Part shown: positions 25,276-34,046 of the stretch, piece by piece
How positions within the stretch are numbered: the first letter of the stretch is position 1
How the letters are laid out: each line of letters opens with the position of its first letter
Origin: a virus
Lineage: Duplodnaviria > Caudoviricetes
Length of the DNA: 34,740 nt
Virus record (IMG/VR): IMGVR_UViG_3300012942_000094
Location: 1 to 34,740 of that record
Reading direction: 5' to 3' (one strand)
Notes under the pieces: generated by a model
What the model was told of the DNA's origin: nothing
Databases searched by the model: none
The model's input: only the letters and a program-made list of their open reading frames with translations
Program-made: the position numbers and the translations under genes

Positions 25276-26193
25276 CTAGAGGTTCTGGATCTTGGCGTTG
25301 GTTGCCTGCACCTCGGACAGCCGCGACAGGAGCCGGCGGCGGAACTCGGGGCTGGCGGACGAGTGCTCACCGGCGGCGGGACCCTCGTCGGTGACGGGCG
25401 GCGCCGCATCTGCGGGGTGCTCGTCGGCCGTGGGCTCCGCGGTGGATCGCGGCTCGGAACTGTCTGCGGGCGCCTGGGCGGCGTCCGAAGTCGTGGGGGC
25501 CTCACCGGAGGCGAGGCGGTCGGCCATCGCGACCGCGCGGGCGAGCTCTGCCCGGGCCTGTTCGGTGCGCAGGTCCAGGCGGCCGAGGTCGATGACCGTC
25601 GACGCGGACCGGACGCCGACCGTGGTGTCCTCGTAGGCGGGCCAGGTGACCGGCCCGACCTCGGACACCCGTACTTCCTTCAGGGTGCGGAGCAGCGGGC
25701 CGCGCTCACCGGCGCCGTACCAGAGCAGGTTCTCCAGGTCAGCGCCGTCGACCTTGCGGCCGTCCTTGTCCGTCCAGCCCTCGCGGACCACAGAGAAACG
25801 GAACGACATGCCGTCCACGGCGCCGTCGCGGATCGCGTCGCGGAACGGCTCGACCAGCCAGTTGTCACTCAGCCTGCCGACGACGTGGAGGCCCCGCTCG
25901 TCCTCCTCGACGGTCTCCCAGCGGCCGATCGGCAGCGACCCGAGCAGTGGGTGGTGGCCGTGGTCGAACTGCATCCGCGGCGTGCCCTCACGCAGCGACT
26001 TCCGGAACGCGCCTGGGGCGATGACCTCGTCGAACTCGCCCTCCCATGACGCGATCCGCGTCGGGGAGTTGAACACCGCGCCGTACCCGTCGATGGTGCG
26101 GCCATCGCCGACCGCGTCGCCCGAGCGCATCTCGAACGGCACCGACCGGCACACGTTCTCCCGGGAAGGCATCGGGCGCTTCTCGTCAGGCAT
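25276..26193 (-). CDS. HK97-family prohead protease
   Basis: GYGAVFN...EVIAPGAF...FDH...GMSFRF...EVGPVTWPAY..T. Confidence 0.95.
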   Translation of the reverse strand: MPDEKRPMPSRENVCRSVPFEMRSGDAVGDGRTIDGYGAVFNSPTRIASWEGEFDEVIAPGAFRKSLREGTPRMQFDHGHHPLLGSLPIGRWETVEEDERGLHVVGRLSDNWLVEPFRDAIRDGAVDGMSFRFSVVREGWTDKDGRKVDGADLENLLWYGAGERGPLLRTLKEVRVSEVGPVTWPAYEDTTVGVRSASTVIDLGRLDLRTEQARAELARAVAMADRLASGEAPTTSDAAQAPADSSEPRSTAEPTADEHPADAAPPVTDEGPAAGEHSSASPEFRRRLLSRLSEVQATNAKIQNL

Positions 26194-27577
26194 CGGATGC
26201 CTCCGTTGGGTTCTGCACGCCCGTGTTGGCGTTGTCCCCGGTCATCCCCGGGGGTTGGAGCTGCACGCTGAACAAGCCCGTGTGGCGGCCCTTCAGGAGG
26301 CCGTAGTCCTCGGCCTGCACCGCGGCCACCACCGCGTCAGGCTCATAGCCCGCGTCGACGAGAGTGCGGATCGTCGTCGCCTGCCGACCCTGGATGTTCG
26401 CCGCGTCCATGCGGTCCTCACGCAGGAACGCGACGTCCCGTGCGTCGTACCAGAGCCGCGCCGCGGACCGGCCATCCGCCGGCGGCGGGGGCACGATCGG
26501 CACCAGCGACCCCGTCGCGTTCTGCCACAACGGGTGCATCGTGCCGTCGGCGAACCGGCGGCGTGCCTGCCCGTAGTTCGAGTACGTCGCCGCCTGCAAG
26601 CCCTCGGACAGGCCCACGATCACCGGGGGCACCCCAGCCGCAGCCGCGATCCGGGTCTCCCCGTGGCCCTGGACCTGCGAGAAGTCCATCTGCTTCAGGT
26701 CGGCGCCGATGACCTTCACGTCCGCGCCGCCACCGAGGTACAGGGTCTTGTACGCGTTCGCGACACCCTGGTGCTCGGTCTTCATGACCTCGATGAACTT
26801 CTTGAACGCCTCGATGCGAACGTCCTTGTCGAGCGCCACCGACAGGTTCGGGGTGGCCGCGTTCTCGAAGAACTTACCCTTGTGCGCCGCCATCGCCTTG
26901 TCGTTCGTGATCTCCCGCAGCACCGGCGTCAACCACGACATCCCGCGGTAGGACGCCATCGGGTCCGGGCTCGGCGCGAAGTGAGCGACTTGATCGGCCA
27001 GGAACACCGCCGGGTCACCGTTCCCGAGGCCGCCTTCCCAGTAGGCGTACCCGAGACGGCGCCAGCCGACCTGCCGGCCGCCCACCGAGCGCGGCTCGAG
27101 CACGATCTGGACCCAGTCCGGGCGCATCCGCACCAGTTCGCCGTCGACGACGGTCCAGTACGAGTTCCCGGCGAGGTCAGCGTCCTGGATCATGCGGGTC
27201 AGCAAGTCCTGCGTCGTCCCACCGGTCCACGGCGTCTCCAACAGCGACAGGGCCGGCGTGCCGAACATCTCCGACGGCTGCCCGTTGTTGATCCGCTGCC
27301 ACTGGAACCGCACCGTCGAGAACACGGCCATCCGGACCGCCATGCACGCGAACACGACCCCGTTCGCCGCGTACGCGGCCTGCGCGTACCCCTCCAAGCT
27401 GTGCGGGACCCGCTCCGCGACCTGCTTGCCGTACGTGCCGGTCAGCCCCGACAGCATCTCGGCGCCACCGAAGCCGTAGGCGAACGACGCCAGCGCGTCG
27501 GCGTAGTCGTCGATCGTCGCGATCGAACGGCTCGGCTCGCGCCGCGGCAACCGCATCGAGCTCAGCAGGGACGCCAT
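26186..27577 (-). CDS. Portal protein (HK97 family)
   Basis: VFACM...LAGNSY...YRGMS...FFENAATP...IAAAAGVPP..VG...TYSN. Confidence 0.95.
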   Translation of the reverse strand: MASLLSSMRLPRREPSRSIATIDDYADALASFAYGFGGAEMLSGLTGTYGKQVAERVPHSLEGYAQAAYAANGVVFACMAVRMAVFSTVRFQWQRINNGQPSEMFGTPALSLLETPWTGGTTQDLLTRMIQDADLAGNSYWTVVDGELVRMRPDWVQIVLEPRSVGGRQVGWRRLGYAYWEGGLGNGDPAVFLADQVAHFAPSPDPMASYRGMSWLTPVLREITNDKAMAAHKGKFFENAATPNLSVALDKDVRIEAFKKFIEVMKTEHQGVANAYKTLYLGGGADVKVIGADLKQMDFSQVQGHGETRIAAAAGVPPVIVGLSEGLQAATYSNYGQARRRFADGTMHPLWQNATGSLVPIVPPPPADGRSAARLWYDARDVAFLREDRMDAANIQGRQATTIRTLVDAGYEPDAVVAAVQAEDYGLLKGRHTGLFSVQLQPPGMTGDNANTGVQNPTEASDA

Positions 27578-27580
27578 GAG

Positions 27581-27751
27581 CTACCGCCGCCCCTTGCCGG
27601 GCTCGTCGACGTCGACGAGCAGCCCCAGCAGGCAGACAGCGGCCCCACCGGCCCACAGACCGCCCAGGAGCCCGAACTGCACCGCGGCCGCAGCCACCAG
27701 CAGCGCCAACCCGAGCACCACCACGACGCGCGCCACCAGCGCACGACTCAC
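27581..27751 (-). CDS. Small two-TM protein between TerL and portal
   Basis: GTGA overlap with the TerL stop; two hydrophobic helices. Confidence 0.7.
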   Translation of the reverse strand: MSRALVARVVVVLGLALLVAAAAVQFGLLGGLWAGGAAVCLLGLLVDVDEPGKGRR

Positions 27752-29241
27752 GCCCAGATCGCCCACGGCTCTGCACTCCTCTCGTGCACTCCGTGGAGCG
27801 CTCCAGTCACCGCCGTCAGCGGACTGATGTCGACCTCGCCCTGCCGCGCCCACGTCCTCGCGTCACTCAGCGGGCGCGTCCCAGCCGCCTTCACCGCGTC
27901 GTTGAGCTCCGGCTGGTCGTAGTGCCGAAGGTTCGGCTCGTCTCCGACGACCCCGGCCACGAACTGGCCGAACGCGCGGGCGACTTCCTCCATCGTCGGG
28001 GTGAGGACGTCGATCCCTGCCGCGTCGAGGTCGTGGAGCAGGTGCCCGGCCGGGCCCTTCTTGTCCAGCACGAACACCGCGTCGGGGTGCCGGCGAGCGA
28101 GCTCGACCGAGCGGTGCACCATCCACGCCGTCCCAGGGCGATGCTCGACGACCTGGACGGTGATCTCATTGCCGAGACGGCCGGCGACCCCGATCGCGCC
28201 GAACGCGGCGTCCGGCCACGACGCGTCGAGGCAGAATGCGACCGCGTCGTCGGGCCGTTCCTCCCGGAGCCCGCCGCGGGCCTGCCACGCGTGCTCCGGC
28301 ACAACCACCCATCCGAGCCCCGCGGACGTCTGCCGCGGCCACATCCCCGTGATCTCGCGGCCGAAGCCCTCCTCCGACAGCGACCGCCGCAGCCGCAGGA
28401 TCGACTCCTGCGTAACCCGGCCCAGGCCTGCGGCCGGGTTCGTCGCTGCCCAGCGCGCCGGGTCGTCGAGGAACGCGGCCCGCTCGGCCGCCGGGAGCGC
28501 CAGAACGTCGTCCAGTACGTCCTCAAGGCCCCAGTCGCGGTACCCGAGAGTCGGATCGGTGCCCGTCAGCGCGCGCCGGCGCAACGAGAACAGCGGCCCG
28601 CCGGTCTCCCCGTTCAGCGGGGGAGACGACGCGTAGCAGATCTGCGGGTTCGGGCGCGCCGCCAGCGTCGGCATCAGCGCGTCCTGCTGGTCCTCGGTGT
28701 AGGCGAACGCCTCGTCGAGCAGCAGACAGTCGGTAGAGAACCCTCGTCCGGCGCCCTTCGACCGGGCGACGAGCTTCAGTTCCTGCCCGGTGTCGAGCCG
28801 CAGGAACGACTCCTCACCGTTCGTGTTGTTGACCTTGACTTGGATGCCCTCGACGTCGACGAGGTTCGGGCCGGCGTAAGTGCCCAGCGCGGACAGAAGG
28901 CCCCGCATGTCGCGGAACGAGCGCATCGCCGTCCGGTACTCATGCGCCGACCAGAGGATCATCTTCTCGCCGAGCAGGAACAGACCCGCCAACGCCCGCG
29001 CCATGAACAGCACCGTCTTGCCGTTCTGCCGCGGGCAGATCTCGGCGTACTCGAAGCACGCCCACTTCCCGTCCTCGCGGACCGACAGCATCATCCGCAG
29101 CCCGTCGGCCTGCCACGGCTCCAGGTGCAGGCCCGCGAGCTCCGCGAACGCGACCGCCTCGTCGCCGAGGGTGTCTACCGACGGCGGGGCGTACTCAACG
29201 CGCGGCCGCTTGGCGCCGCTGAATCCGGGCGGTGAGGTCAC
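27748..29241 (-). CDS. terL: Terminase large subunit
   Basis: LEPWQ, Walker A PRQNGKT, GRG...LLLDEA Walker B, W..TNP, C-terminal nuclease residues (FCLDAS, DISPL). Confidence 0.95.
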   Translation of the reverse strand: MTSPPGFSGAKRPRVEYAPPSVDTLGDEAVAFAELAGLHLEPWQADGLRMMLSVREDGKWACFEYAEICPRQNGKTVLFMARALAGLFLLGEKMILWSAHEYRTAMRSFRDMRGLLSALGTYAGPNLVDVEGIQVKVNNTNGEESFLRLDTGQELKLVARSKGAGRGFSTDCLLLDEAFAYTEDQQDALMPTLAARPNPQICYASSPPLNGETGGPLFSLRRRALTGTDPTLGYRDWGLEDVLDDVLALPAAERAAFLDDPARWAATNPAAGLGRVTQESILRLRRSLSEEGFGREITGMWPRQTSAGLGWVVVPEHAWQARGGLREERPDDAVAFCLDASWPDAAFGAIGVAGRLGNEITVQVVEHRPGTAWMVHRSVELARRHPDAVFVLDKKGPAGHLLHDLDAAGIDVLTPTMEEVARAFGQFVAGVVGDEPNLRHYDQPELNDAVKAAGTRPLSDARTWARQGEVDISPLTAVTGALHGVHERSAEPWAIWA

Positions 29242-29719
29242 TCAACCCGCCCTTCTGCGGCTGCGGCTTCTCATCCGGCTTGCCCTGCTGCTTCGGCATC
29301 GCCGACTTGATCTCCGCAACGAGCGTCTTGACCGTCGTTTCCAGCTGCCGGATCTCGGCGAGCACGTTGTCGACCACCACGACGACCGATCCGCCGCTGT
29401 CGTCGGCCTCGAACCGCATCCACGTCCGCTTCTTCGCCAGCGCCGCCTCGAGCCGGTCCAGGCGGTCCACAGCCCGGCACAGCTGGTCCAGGAGCATCCG
29501 GTGCATCGCGCCGAGCTCCACACCCGCCATGTCGGCCCACAACGCCGCTCCACGAGGCCCACGACCCGCCGGGACGTCCTGCGCGGTCAGCTCCGCGACC
29601 GCCTCGGTCGTCTCGGCCTGCTCGATCAGCTCGCAGCGCCGCGCCGGGTCACAGAGCGAGTGATCGCCCCTGCGATGGCGGCGCGCACGGCGCTGGCGCT
29701 CGGCCGGGGAGTCGGGCAT
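29195..29719 (-). CDS. terS: Terminase small subunit
   Basis: Directly upstream of TerL; ERQRRARRHRRGDHSLC, GAALW, CRAVDRLDRL, LAEIRQ motifs; GAGGA RBS. Confidence 0.85.
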   Translation of the reverse strand: MPDSPAERQRRARRHRRGDHSLCDPARRCELIEQAETTEAVAELTAQDVPAGRGPRGAALWADMAGVELGAMHRMLLDQLCRAVDRLDRLEAALAKKRTWMRFEADDSGGSVVVVVDNVLAEIRQLETTVKTLVAEIKSAMPKQQGKPDEKPQPQKGGLSDLTARIQRRQAAAR

Positions 29720-29994
29720 CGCGGGTGTCCTCGCAGGTCAGAGCGCGTGACGTTGCGTGACGGTCACGCGTGGTCACGGTTCCGTGGCGCGTTCGCGGGG
29801 GGATATTTGGCCTTGGAGCGGGGTCATGGGGCGTCTTTCCTGTTCGCGGGCCCCCCGCCCCCCTACCCCTCGGCGTTTCCGCTGGTCAGAGGGTTGCGCG
29901 TTGTTGATCAGTTGTTGATCACTTGTCGATCATCAGTTGATCAATGAAGATCGATTCGAACGCTGAACACAGAGAGTGACAAGTGGTCGAGTGG
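29720..29994. other. Non-coding putative packaging (cos/pac) region
   Basis: Intergenic between HNH and TerS; contains phased CGTGAC/GTCACG repeats, G/C runs and a phased GATC array. Confidence 0.6.
29901..29952. repeat. 11-bp-period TTGTTGATCA-like repeats
   Basis: GATC cores at 29906, 29917, 29928, 29939 and 29949. Confidence 0.85.
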
Positions 29995-30417
29995 CTACCA
30001 CTCGGGCAGGCTCGGGGTAGGGCCACCACCTGGCAGGGGGCTGGGGCCTGGCCTACCTACTGCCAGTGGCCTGCCGTGCCGGGCCGCGCCGCGCAGCCGG
30101 TTGCCGAGGATGGCACCGAGCACCAGGTTGCAGGTGGCAAGGATCAGCCGGTCTGCCTCAGCTCCACCCAGCACGCGAGCGTGACTGTGGTCAGCGTGGA
30201 GCGGTCGACCGTCAGGGTTGCGGTGGGCGTCCCGGTACATGCCCAGCCCTGTGCCCGGTGGGTACCCGGATCTACGGCAGGGGCACCGGCTGGTGGCCGG
30301 GCAGGTGCACGGACATGGCGTGCCGTCGATGTGGCCTCGGATGAGGCGGGCCCTTGCCGTCTGGTGGCCCCATCCATAGCCGGCCTGGCTGGTGTTGCCG
30401 CGGTGGCTGCGTGGCAT
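29995..30417 (-). CDS. HNH endonuclease-like packaging accessory protein
   Basis: GYGWGHQTAR, Cys cluster, LHADH...GG...DRLILATCN; upstream of TerS. Confidence 0.75.
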   Translation of the reverse strand: MPRSHRGNTSQAGYGWGHQTARARLIRGHIDGTPCPCTCPATSRCPCRRSGYPPGTGLGMYRDAHRNPDGRPLHADHSHARVLGGAEADRLILATCNLVLGAILGNRLRGAARHGRPLAVGRPGPSPLPGGGPTPSLPEW

Positions 30418-30486
30418 GCGGATCACCCTGTGAATGACGTAGGCCCAGCTCACACGGGGTGGGCTGGGCCTGGCGCTAGGGACACG

Positions 30487-30515
30487 TCACCTAGGTGAGC
30501 GCAGGATAGCGCACG
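30487..30515 (-). promoter_or_regulatory. Candidate late promoter (-10 TATCCT) with a downstream palindrome
   Basis: Minus-strand TATCCT at 30508-30503; perfect palindrome TCACCTAGGTGA at 30487-30498; sits in the intergenic gap upstream of HNH. Confidence 0.4.
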
Positions 30516-30528
30516 ATCGGGTGATCGA

Positions 30529-30712
30529 CTAGCGGGTGGGGTTGACGTCTTCGGCGCGTGGCCATGTGTCGAGGACGCGGCCTGCGAGTTCTGCTGCGTG
30601 GACGCCCTCGTGTTCTGCGGGGCGGGTGCAGTAGAAGCCGTGGCCCGGCGTCGTCGGGTGTGAGCGGTGGCCCTTGTTCGTGGCAGCGGCGGACGAGTGG
30701 GTCGATGTTCAT
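30529..30712 (-). pseudogene. Frameshifted small C-C-H-H motif protein
   Basis: ATGA-coupled start MNIDPLVRRCHEQ...DDA; removing one base near 30645 continues as GHGFYCTRPAEHEGVHAAELAGRVLDTWP...TAG. Confidence 0.55.
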
Positions 30713-31551
30713 CCGGCGAGCTGCAGTTCTTCGGTGTCGGCTTCGGCAGCGCGTTGTTCTTCGAGGAGGCGGGCGAGGAACAGCAGCTGTTCGGGTGCCC
30801 AGCGTGCGCCGCAGCCGGGGATGGTGCAGCGGGCCACGCCGGTTGTGCGGTCGAGTTCGAGGGCGGGGCGGCGGACGACGTCCCCGGTGTCGTCGCGGCT
30901 GTAGGCGATGGCGTGGCCGCATTGTGGGCAGGAGGCGGCGACGGCCCAGCGTTTCGGTGGGTCGAGGAGCGCGCGCCCGGTGGTGACCCAGTGTTCGGCC
31001 CAGGTGGTGGCGTGTTGGAGGTAGTCGGGGTTGGTGGTGCGCCATTCGCCGGAGCGGGCGGCCCAGGCTCGGAGGTCGTTGGCGAGGGTGTTGTGGTCGC
31101 GGTTGCCGGCGGCGCGTTGCATGGCGGTGATGAGGTCGAGGACGTTGAGGGCGAGCGCTGCCCTGTGTGCGCCGGTGGATGCGTTGTTGTGGTCGGTGTT
31201 GCCGCTGCCGGGGATGGCGTCGATGAGCTGTTGGAGCAGCGACGGGACGCGGGTGCGGCGGGGCTGGCGTGCTTGTTGTTGGGCTTGTACGCGCTGTCGG
31301 GCGGCGATCAGTGCTTGCAGGGTGCGTGCGGCCTGGCCGTGACGGCGCGCCTTCTGGTGGGCGGCGTGGCGGCGTTCGAGGTCGGCGAGTTCGGCTTGTT
31401 CGTCGGCGACGAGCTCGCGGGCGGCGGGGGATTCGTCGAGCTGGTCCCGGGTGATGTCGACGGTGGTGGGCTGGACGAGTTGGGCGATGGCGACGTCGAG
31501 GCGGAGCTGGAGGGTGCCGAGGTCGGGGGTCTCGGGTTGGGGGTGTGTCAC
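30709..31551 (-). CDS. Zn-finger protein, putative late-gene regulator (alternative start 31674)
   Basis: PSLLQQLIDAI..., CPQCG ... CTIPGCGARW; located just upstream of the HNH/terminase operon. Confidence 0.7.
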   Translation of the reverse strand: MTHPQPETPDLGTLQLRLDVAIAQLVQPTTVDITRDQLDESPAARELVADEQAELADLERRHAAHQKARRHGQAARTLQALIAARQRVQAQQQARQPRRTRVPSLLQQLIDAIPGSGNTDHNNASTGAHRAALALNVLDLITAMQRAAGNRDHNTLANDLRAWAARSGEWRTTNPDYLQHATTWAEHWVTTGRALLDPPKRWAVAASCPQCGHAIAYSRDDTGDVVRRPALELDRTTGVARCTIPGCGARWAPEQLLFLARLLEEQRAAEADTEELQLAG

Positions 31552-31688
31552 GCGCGGGCCCTTCGGGGAGCGGGGCATGCGGTGTGCGGGGCCCGGCCGG
31601 CTGGTCGACGTGGCGGCGTGTTCCAGCCAGCCGGGCGCGATGGGTTCCCGCGCATCGCATGCGCATCGTGGCATAGGTGGAGTTGGGT

Positions 31689-31910
31689 TCAGCTGTTGCG
31701 GGGTCGGGAACTCAGATGGGTCACCAACGGCGGCGCAGCCGGGTCAACCGACGACGGCGGCGGAGGCAGGCGCTGGTTCGTCCACGTGCCGGGCGCGTAG
31801 TAGCCGGGTGGGGTGCCGCCGAGGGTGCGGCGTGCGCGTTCCTGGGCGAGGTCGGCGCGGACCTGGTCGAGTTCGGCTTGCAGGTCGGCGCAGCCGGGGC
31901 AGTCGGTCAC
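31689..31910 (-). CDS. Hypothetical protein (CxxC plus coiled coil)
   Basis: GAGGA RBS; CPGC followed by LQAELDQVRADL. Confidence 0.65.
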   Translation of the reverse strand: MTDCPGCADLQAELDQVRADLAQERARRTLGGTPPGYYAPGTWTNQRLPPPPSSVDPAAPPLVTHLSSRPRNS

Positions 31911-31953
31911 GGGGTGTCCTCTCCCGGGGACAGCGGAAAACGGGAGGCCACGG

Positions 31954-32229
31954 TCACGACGTCACCCGCAGCACGATCCACACGACCAGCGCAACCACGA
32001 CCAGGAAGACACCAGCCCCAGCGGCGAGGTACCAGCGGGCGGCCCGGTTGAACTCGGCCTGGTTGCGGAGCTGGCGCGTCTCCATGTCGTCGCGCATCAG
32101 CTGCCAGCCCTCACGCTTGCGGCCTCCGATGTAGCGCTTGGACCACACGTACCGGTTCTGGCAGGCAGGGCAGCGCCATGTGCGGGCGCCGTCGGAGGCG
32201 GCTGGGAGAGCGCAGCGGTGCACGGTCAT
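31954..32229 (-). CDS. Hypothetical membrane protein with a Zn-ribbon motif
   Basis: GAGGA RBS; HRC...WRCPAC; C-terminal TM helix. Confidence 0.7.
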   Translation of the reverse strand: MTVHRCALPAASDGARTWRCPACQNRYVWSKRYIGGRKREGWQLMRDDMETRQLRNQAEFNRAARWYLAAGAGVFLVVVALVVWIVLRVTS

Positions 32230-32299
32230 GGGGTTTCCTCGGTGGTCGGTGTCGTCGTGTCCGGGGACAACGGGGCGGGGCGTGTGGAGGGGTCGGGCA

Positions 32300-32488
32300 T
32301 CACACGTCCTCCTCGACCTGGAAGCCGCCCATCGCGCGGACGGCTTGCCAGCGCCACGGGAGGAGTCGGAGGGGCCAGCAGTGCTGCCACCACGGCCCCA
32401 TGACGGCACGGACAGCCACGACAACAGCAGCGTCGCGGTCCTTGGCGTGGACCCTCACGCGGACGGGCGCCTCAACGACGTACCTCAC
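32300..32488 (-). CDS. Hypothetical protein
   Basis: GAGGAG RBS and GTGA overlap with the upstream stop. Confidence 0.55.
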   Translation of the reverse strand: MRYVVEAPVRVRVHAKDRDAAVVVAVRAVMGPWWQHCWPLRLLPWRWQAVRAMGGFQVEEDV

Positions 32489-32781
32489 GTCGTCTCCTCG
32501 CGGTTCGGGGGCTGCGGCACAGCAGCCCCAGCCAGCGCCGCGCGACGTCGGCGGATGAGCGCAACGAACTCGGGTGGCCACGCGTGCTTCGCTGCGACCT
32601 CGTCCATTGCCGCCGTGCCCCCGCAGATGTCGTCGTGCTCGTGCCGCTCTTCGCAGTCCCAGCCGACCAGCAGCGCGTACCGGACCGCGTCGCGGCGCCC
32701 AAGGGCCCAGTCGCGTGGGTCGGTGACGATGTGGGCTCGGAGGTAGTTCAGCGCCTCGGCGAGGTCGCCGCGCTCAGGCAT
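32485..32781 (-). CDS. Hypothetical protein
   Basis: GAGGAG RBS; ATG overlapping the upstream stop; MPERGDLAEALNYL... Confidence 0.7.
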   Translation of the reverse strand: MPERGDLAEALNYLRAHIVTDPRDWALGRRDAVRYALLVGWDCEERHEHDDICGGTAAMDEVAAKHAWPPEFVALIRRRRAALAGAAVPQPPNREETT

Positions 32782-33796
32782 CGGTCGGCTCCTCGTCGGC
32801 AGCCCCAGCCAGAGCGGCGCTGAGTGCGACCATCGCCGGGAACATCGACTCGCCGCCGTCCTCAACGAATCGGTCCCACGCCGCTTCAACCTGCCTGGCG
32901 GCGTCTTCCAGGCGGCCCTGGCGCTCGATGTCGGTCGGGTCGAGGTTGTTGGCGCGGAGCACGTCGTCGAGATCGTGAAGCTTCGCGGGGGCGCCCGCCT
33001 CGGCCAGCGCGCGTGCCCAACCAGTTCCGTCGCAGGCCGAGCACTCCTCCGGTCCCGGGTAGCCGTCGGCCGACGGGTCTGACGGGTACATGCCGGGCTG
33101 CCCGTCGCCGCAGGTCTGACACACGCCGAGGGCGTCGCGGGCCGCCTCGGTCGCCACGAACACGATGTCCGCGAGGCCCGGCAGGTCCTGGTAGCCGGCG
33201 CCGACGAGGGCGTCCTCGATGACGTCCTGGGTGTGACCGAAGTGCGGCGCCTGTTCGAGCTGCGTGTCGTCTCCGGCCACAGCAGGAGCAGCGGCGGCCC
33301 GCAGTGCCTCCTCCAGCAGCTCGAACGTCGACACCATCGGGTCGTCCTCGCGGCCGAGGACACCGAGGAGGTGCCCGCGCATCCCGACCATGCCCATCGC
33401 CTCCTCCGGCTGCGGGCTGTTCGCGGCGACGACGTAGGGCGCGGTCTCGCGGAGCACGATGTCGGCCAGCTCGGGGATCGACGTCTCCTCGCGGGCGTTC
33501 ATCAGCAGGTTGCAAGCGGCGGCCCGAGCAGTGAACGGCACCTCGACGTCGGTCGAGACAGCACGGGGCTCGTCCTCCTCGGCGGAACCACCCACAGCGG
33601 CGCGGTAGGCGTCGAGAGCGGCGAGAAGCTCGTTAGTGGACCCGTTGAACTCGGTCCACTTCGCGGCGGCGTCGAGGACGGGGCGGACGGCCCGCTCCCG
33701 GACCAGCGCAGCGCGCACCCGCCCAAGCGTGGGCTCGGCGAGGGTCACCGACTCGCTCATCCCCATCAGAGCGATCGTCTTCTCCAGGTCATCCAT
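32774..33796 (-). CDS. Hypothetical mosaic early-region protein with a CxxC...CxxCxGxG motif
   Basis: GGAGGGAG RBS; MDDLEKTIALMG...; CQTCGDG...CSACDGTG. Confidence 0.75.
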   Translation of the reverse strand: MDDLEKTIALMGMSESVTLAEPTLGRVRAALVRERAVRPVLDAAAKWTEFNGSTNELLAALDAYRAAVGGSAEEDEPRAVSTDVEVPFTARAAACNLLMNAREETSIPELADIVLRETAPYVVAANSPQPEEAMGMVGMRGHLLGVLGREDDPMVSTFELLEEALRAAAAPAVAGDDTQLEQAPHFGHTQDVIEDALVGAGYQDLPGLADIVFVATEAARDALGVCQTCGDGQPGMYPSDPSADGYPGPEECSACDGTGWARALAEAGAPAKLHDLDDVLRANNLDPTDIERQGRLEDAARQVEAAWDRFVEDGGESMFPAMVALSAALAGAADEEPTDA

Positions 33797-34046
33797 GGCG
33801 GTTTTCTCCCTCCTGCGGGGTAGCGGAAAGCAGAACGGCGAGCACCTTCTCCGCGAACGGGTGCCGCAGGTACGGGCTGTCGGTCGCCTTCTCGCACAGC
33901 GTGCGGACGGCCTGCTCCCGGGCACGCACCTCGTCCAGCGCGGCCAGCCACTCGGCGACCTTCTCGCGGTCAGGTGGGGTCGACCGTTCCCCGCGCACCC
34001 AGTTGCGGAGCTGTGAGTCAGTCATCTTGTGAGTCGGGTCAGACAC
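33789..34046 (-). CDS. Hypothetical protein
   Basis: GGAGG RBS then GTG; C-terminus shares motifs with 34274..34740. Confidence 0.65.
   Translation of the reverse strand: MSDPTHKMTDSQLRNWVRGERSTPPDREKVAEWLAALDEVRAREQAVRTLCEKATDSPYLRHPFAEKVLAVLLSATPQEGENRHG

Noticed and set aside
23770-27922. Very long plus-strand ORFs (23770..26049, 25646..27922) and similar ones such as 9193..10977, 15523..17427 and 27784..29235
   Set aside because: Antisense shadows of well-supported minus-strand genes, expected in high-GC DNA; no recognisable motifs.
29720-30528. tRNA or structured ncRNA in the intergenic gaps near HNH/terS
   Set aside because: No cloverleaf or T-arm consensus recognised by eye; an Infernal or tRNAscan run would be needed to exclude it fully.
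32226-32300. 24-codon coupled ORF (MPDPSTRPAPLSP...)
   Set aside because: Too short and low-complexity to support, although it overlaps both neighbours.
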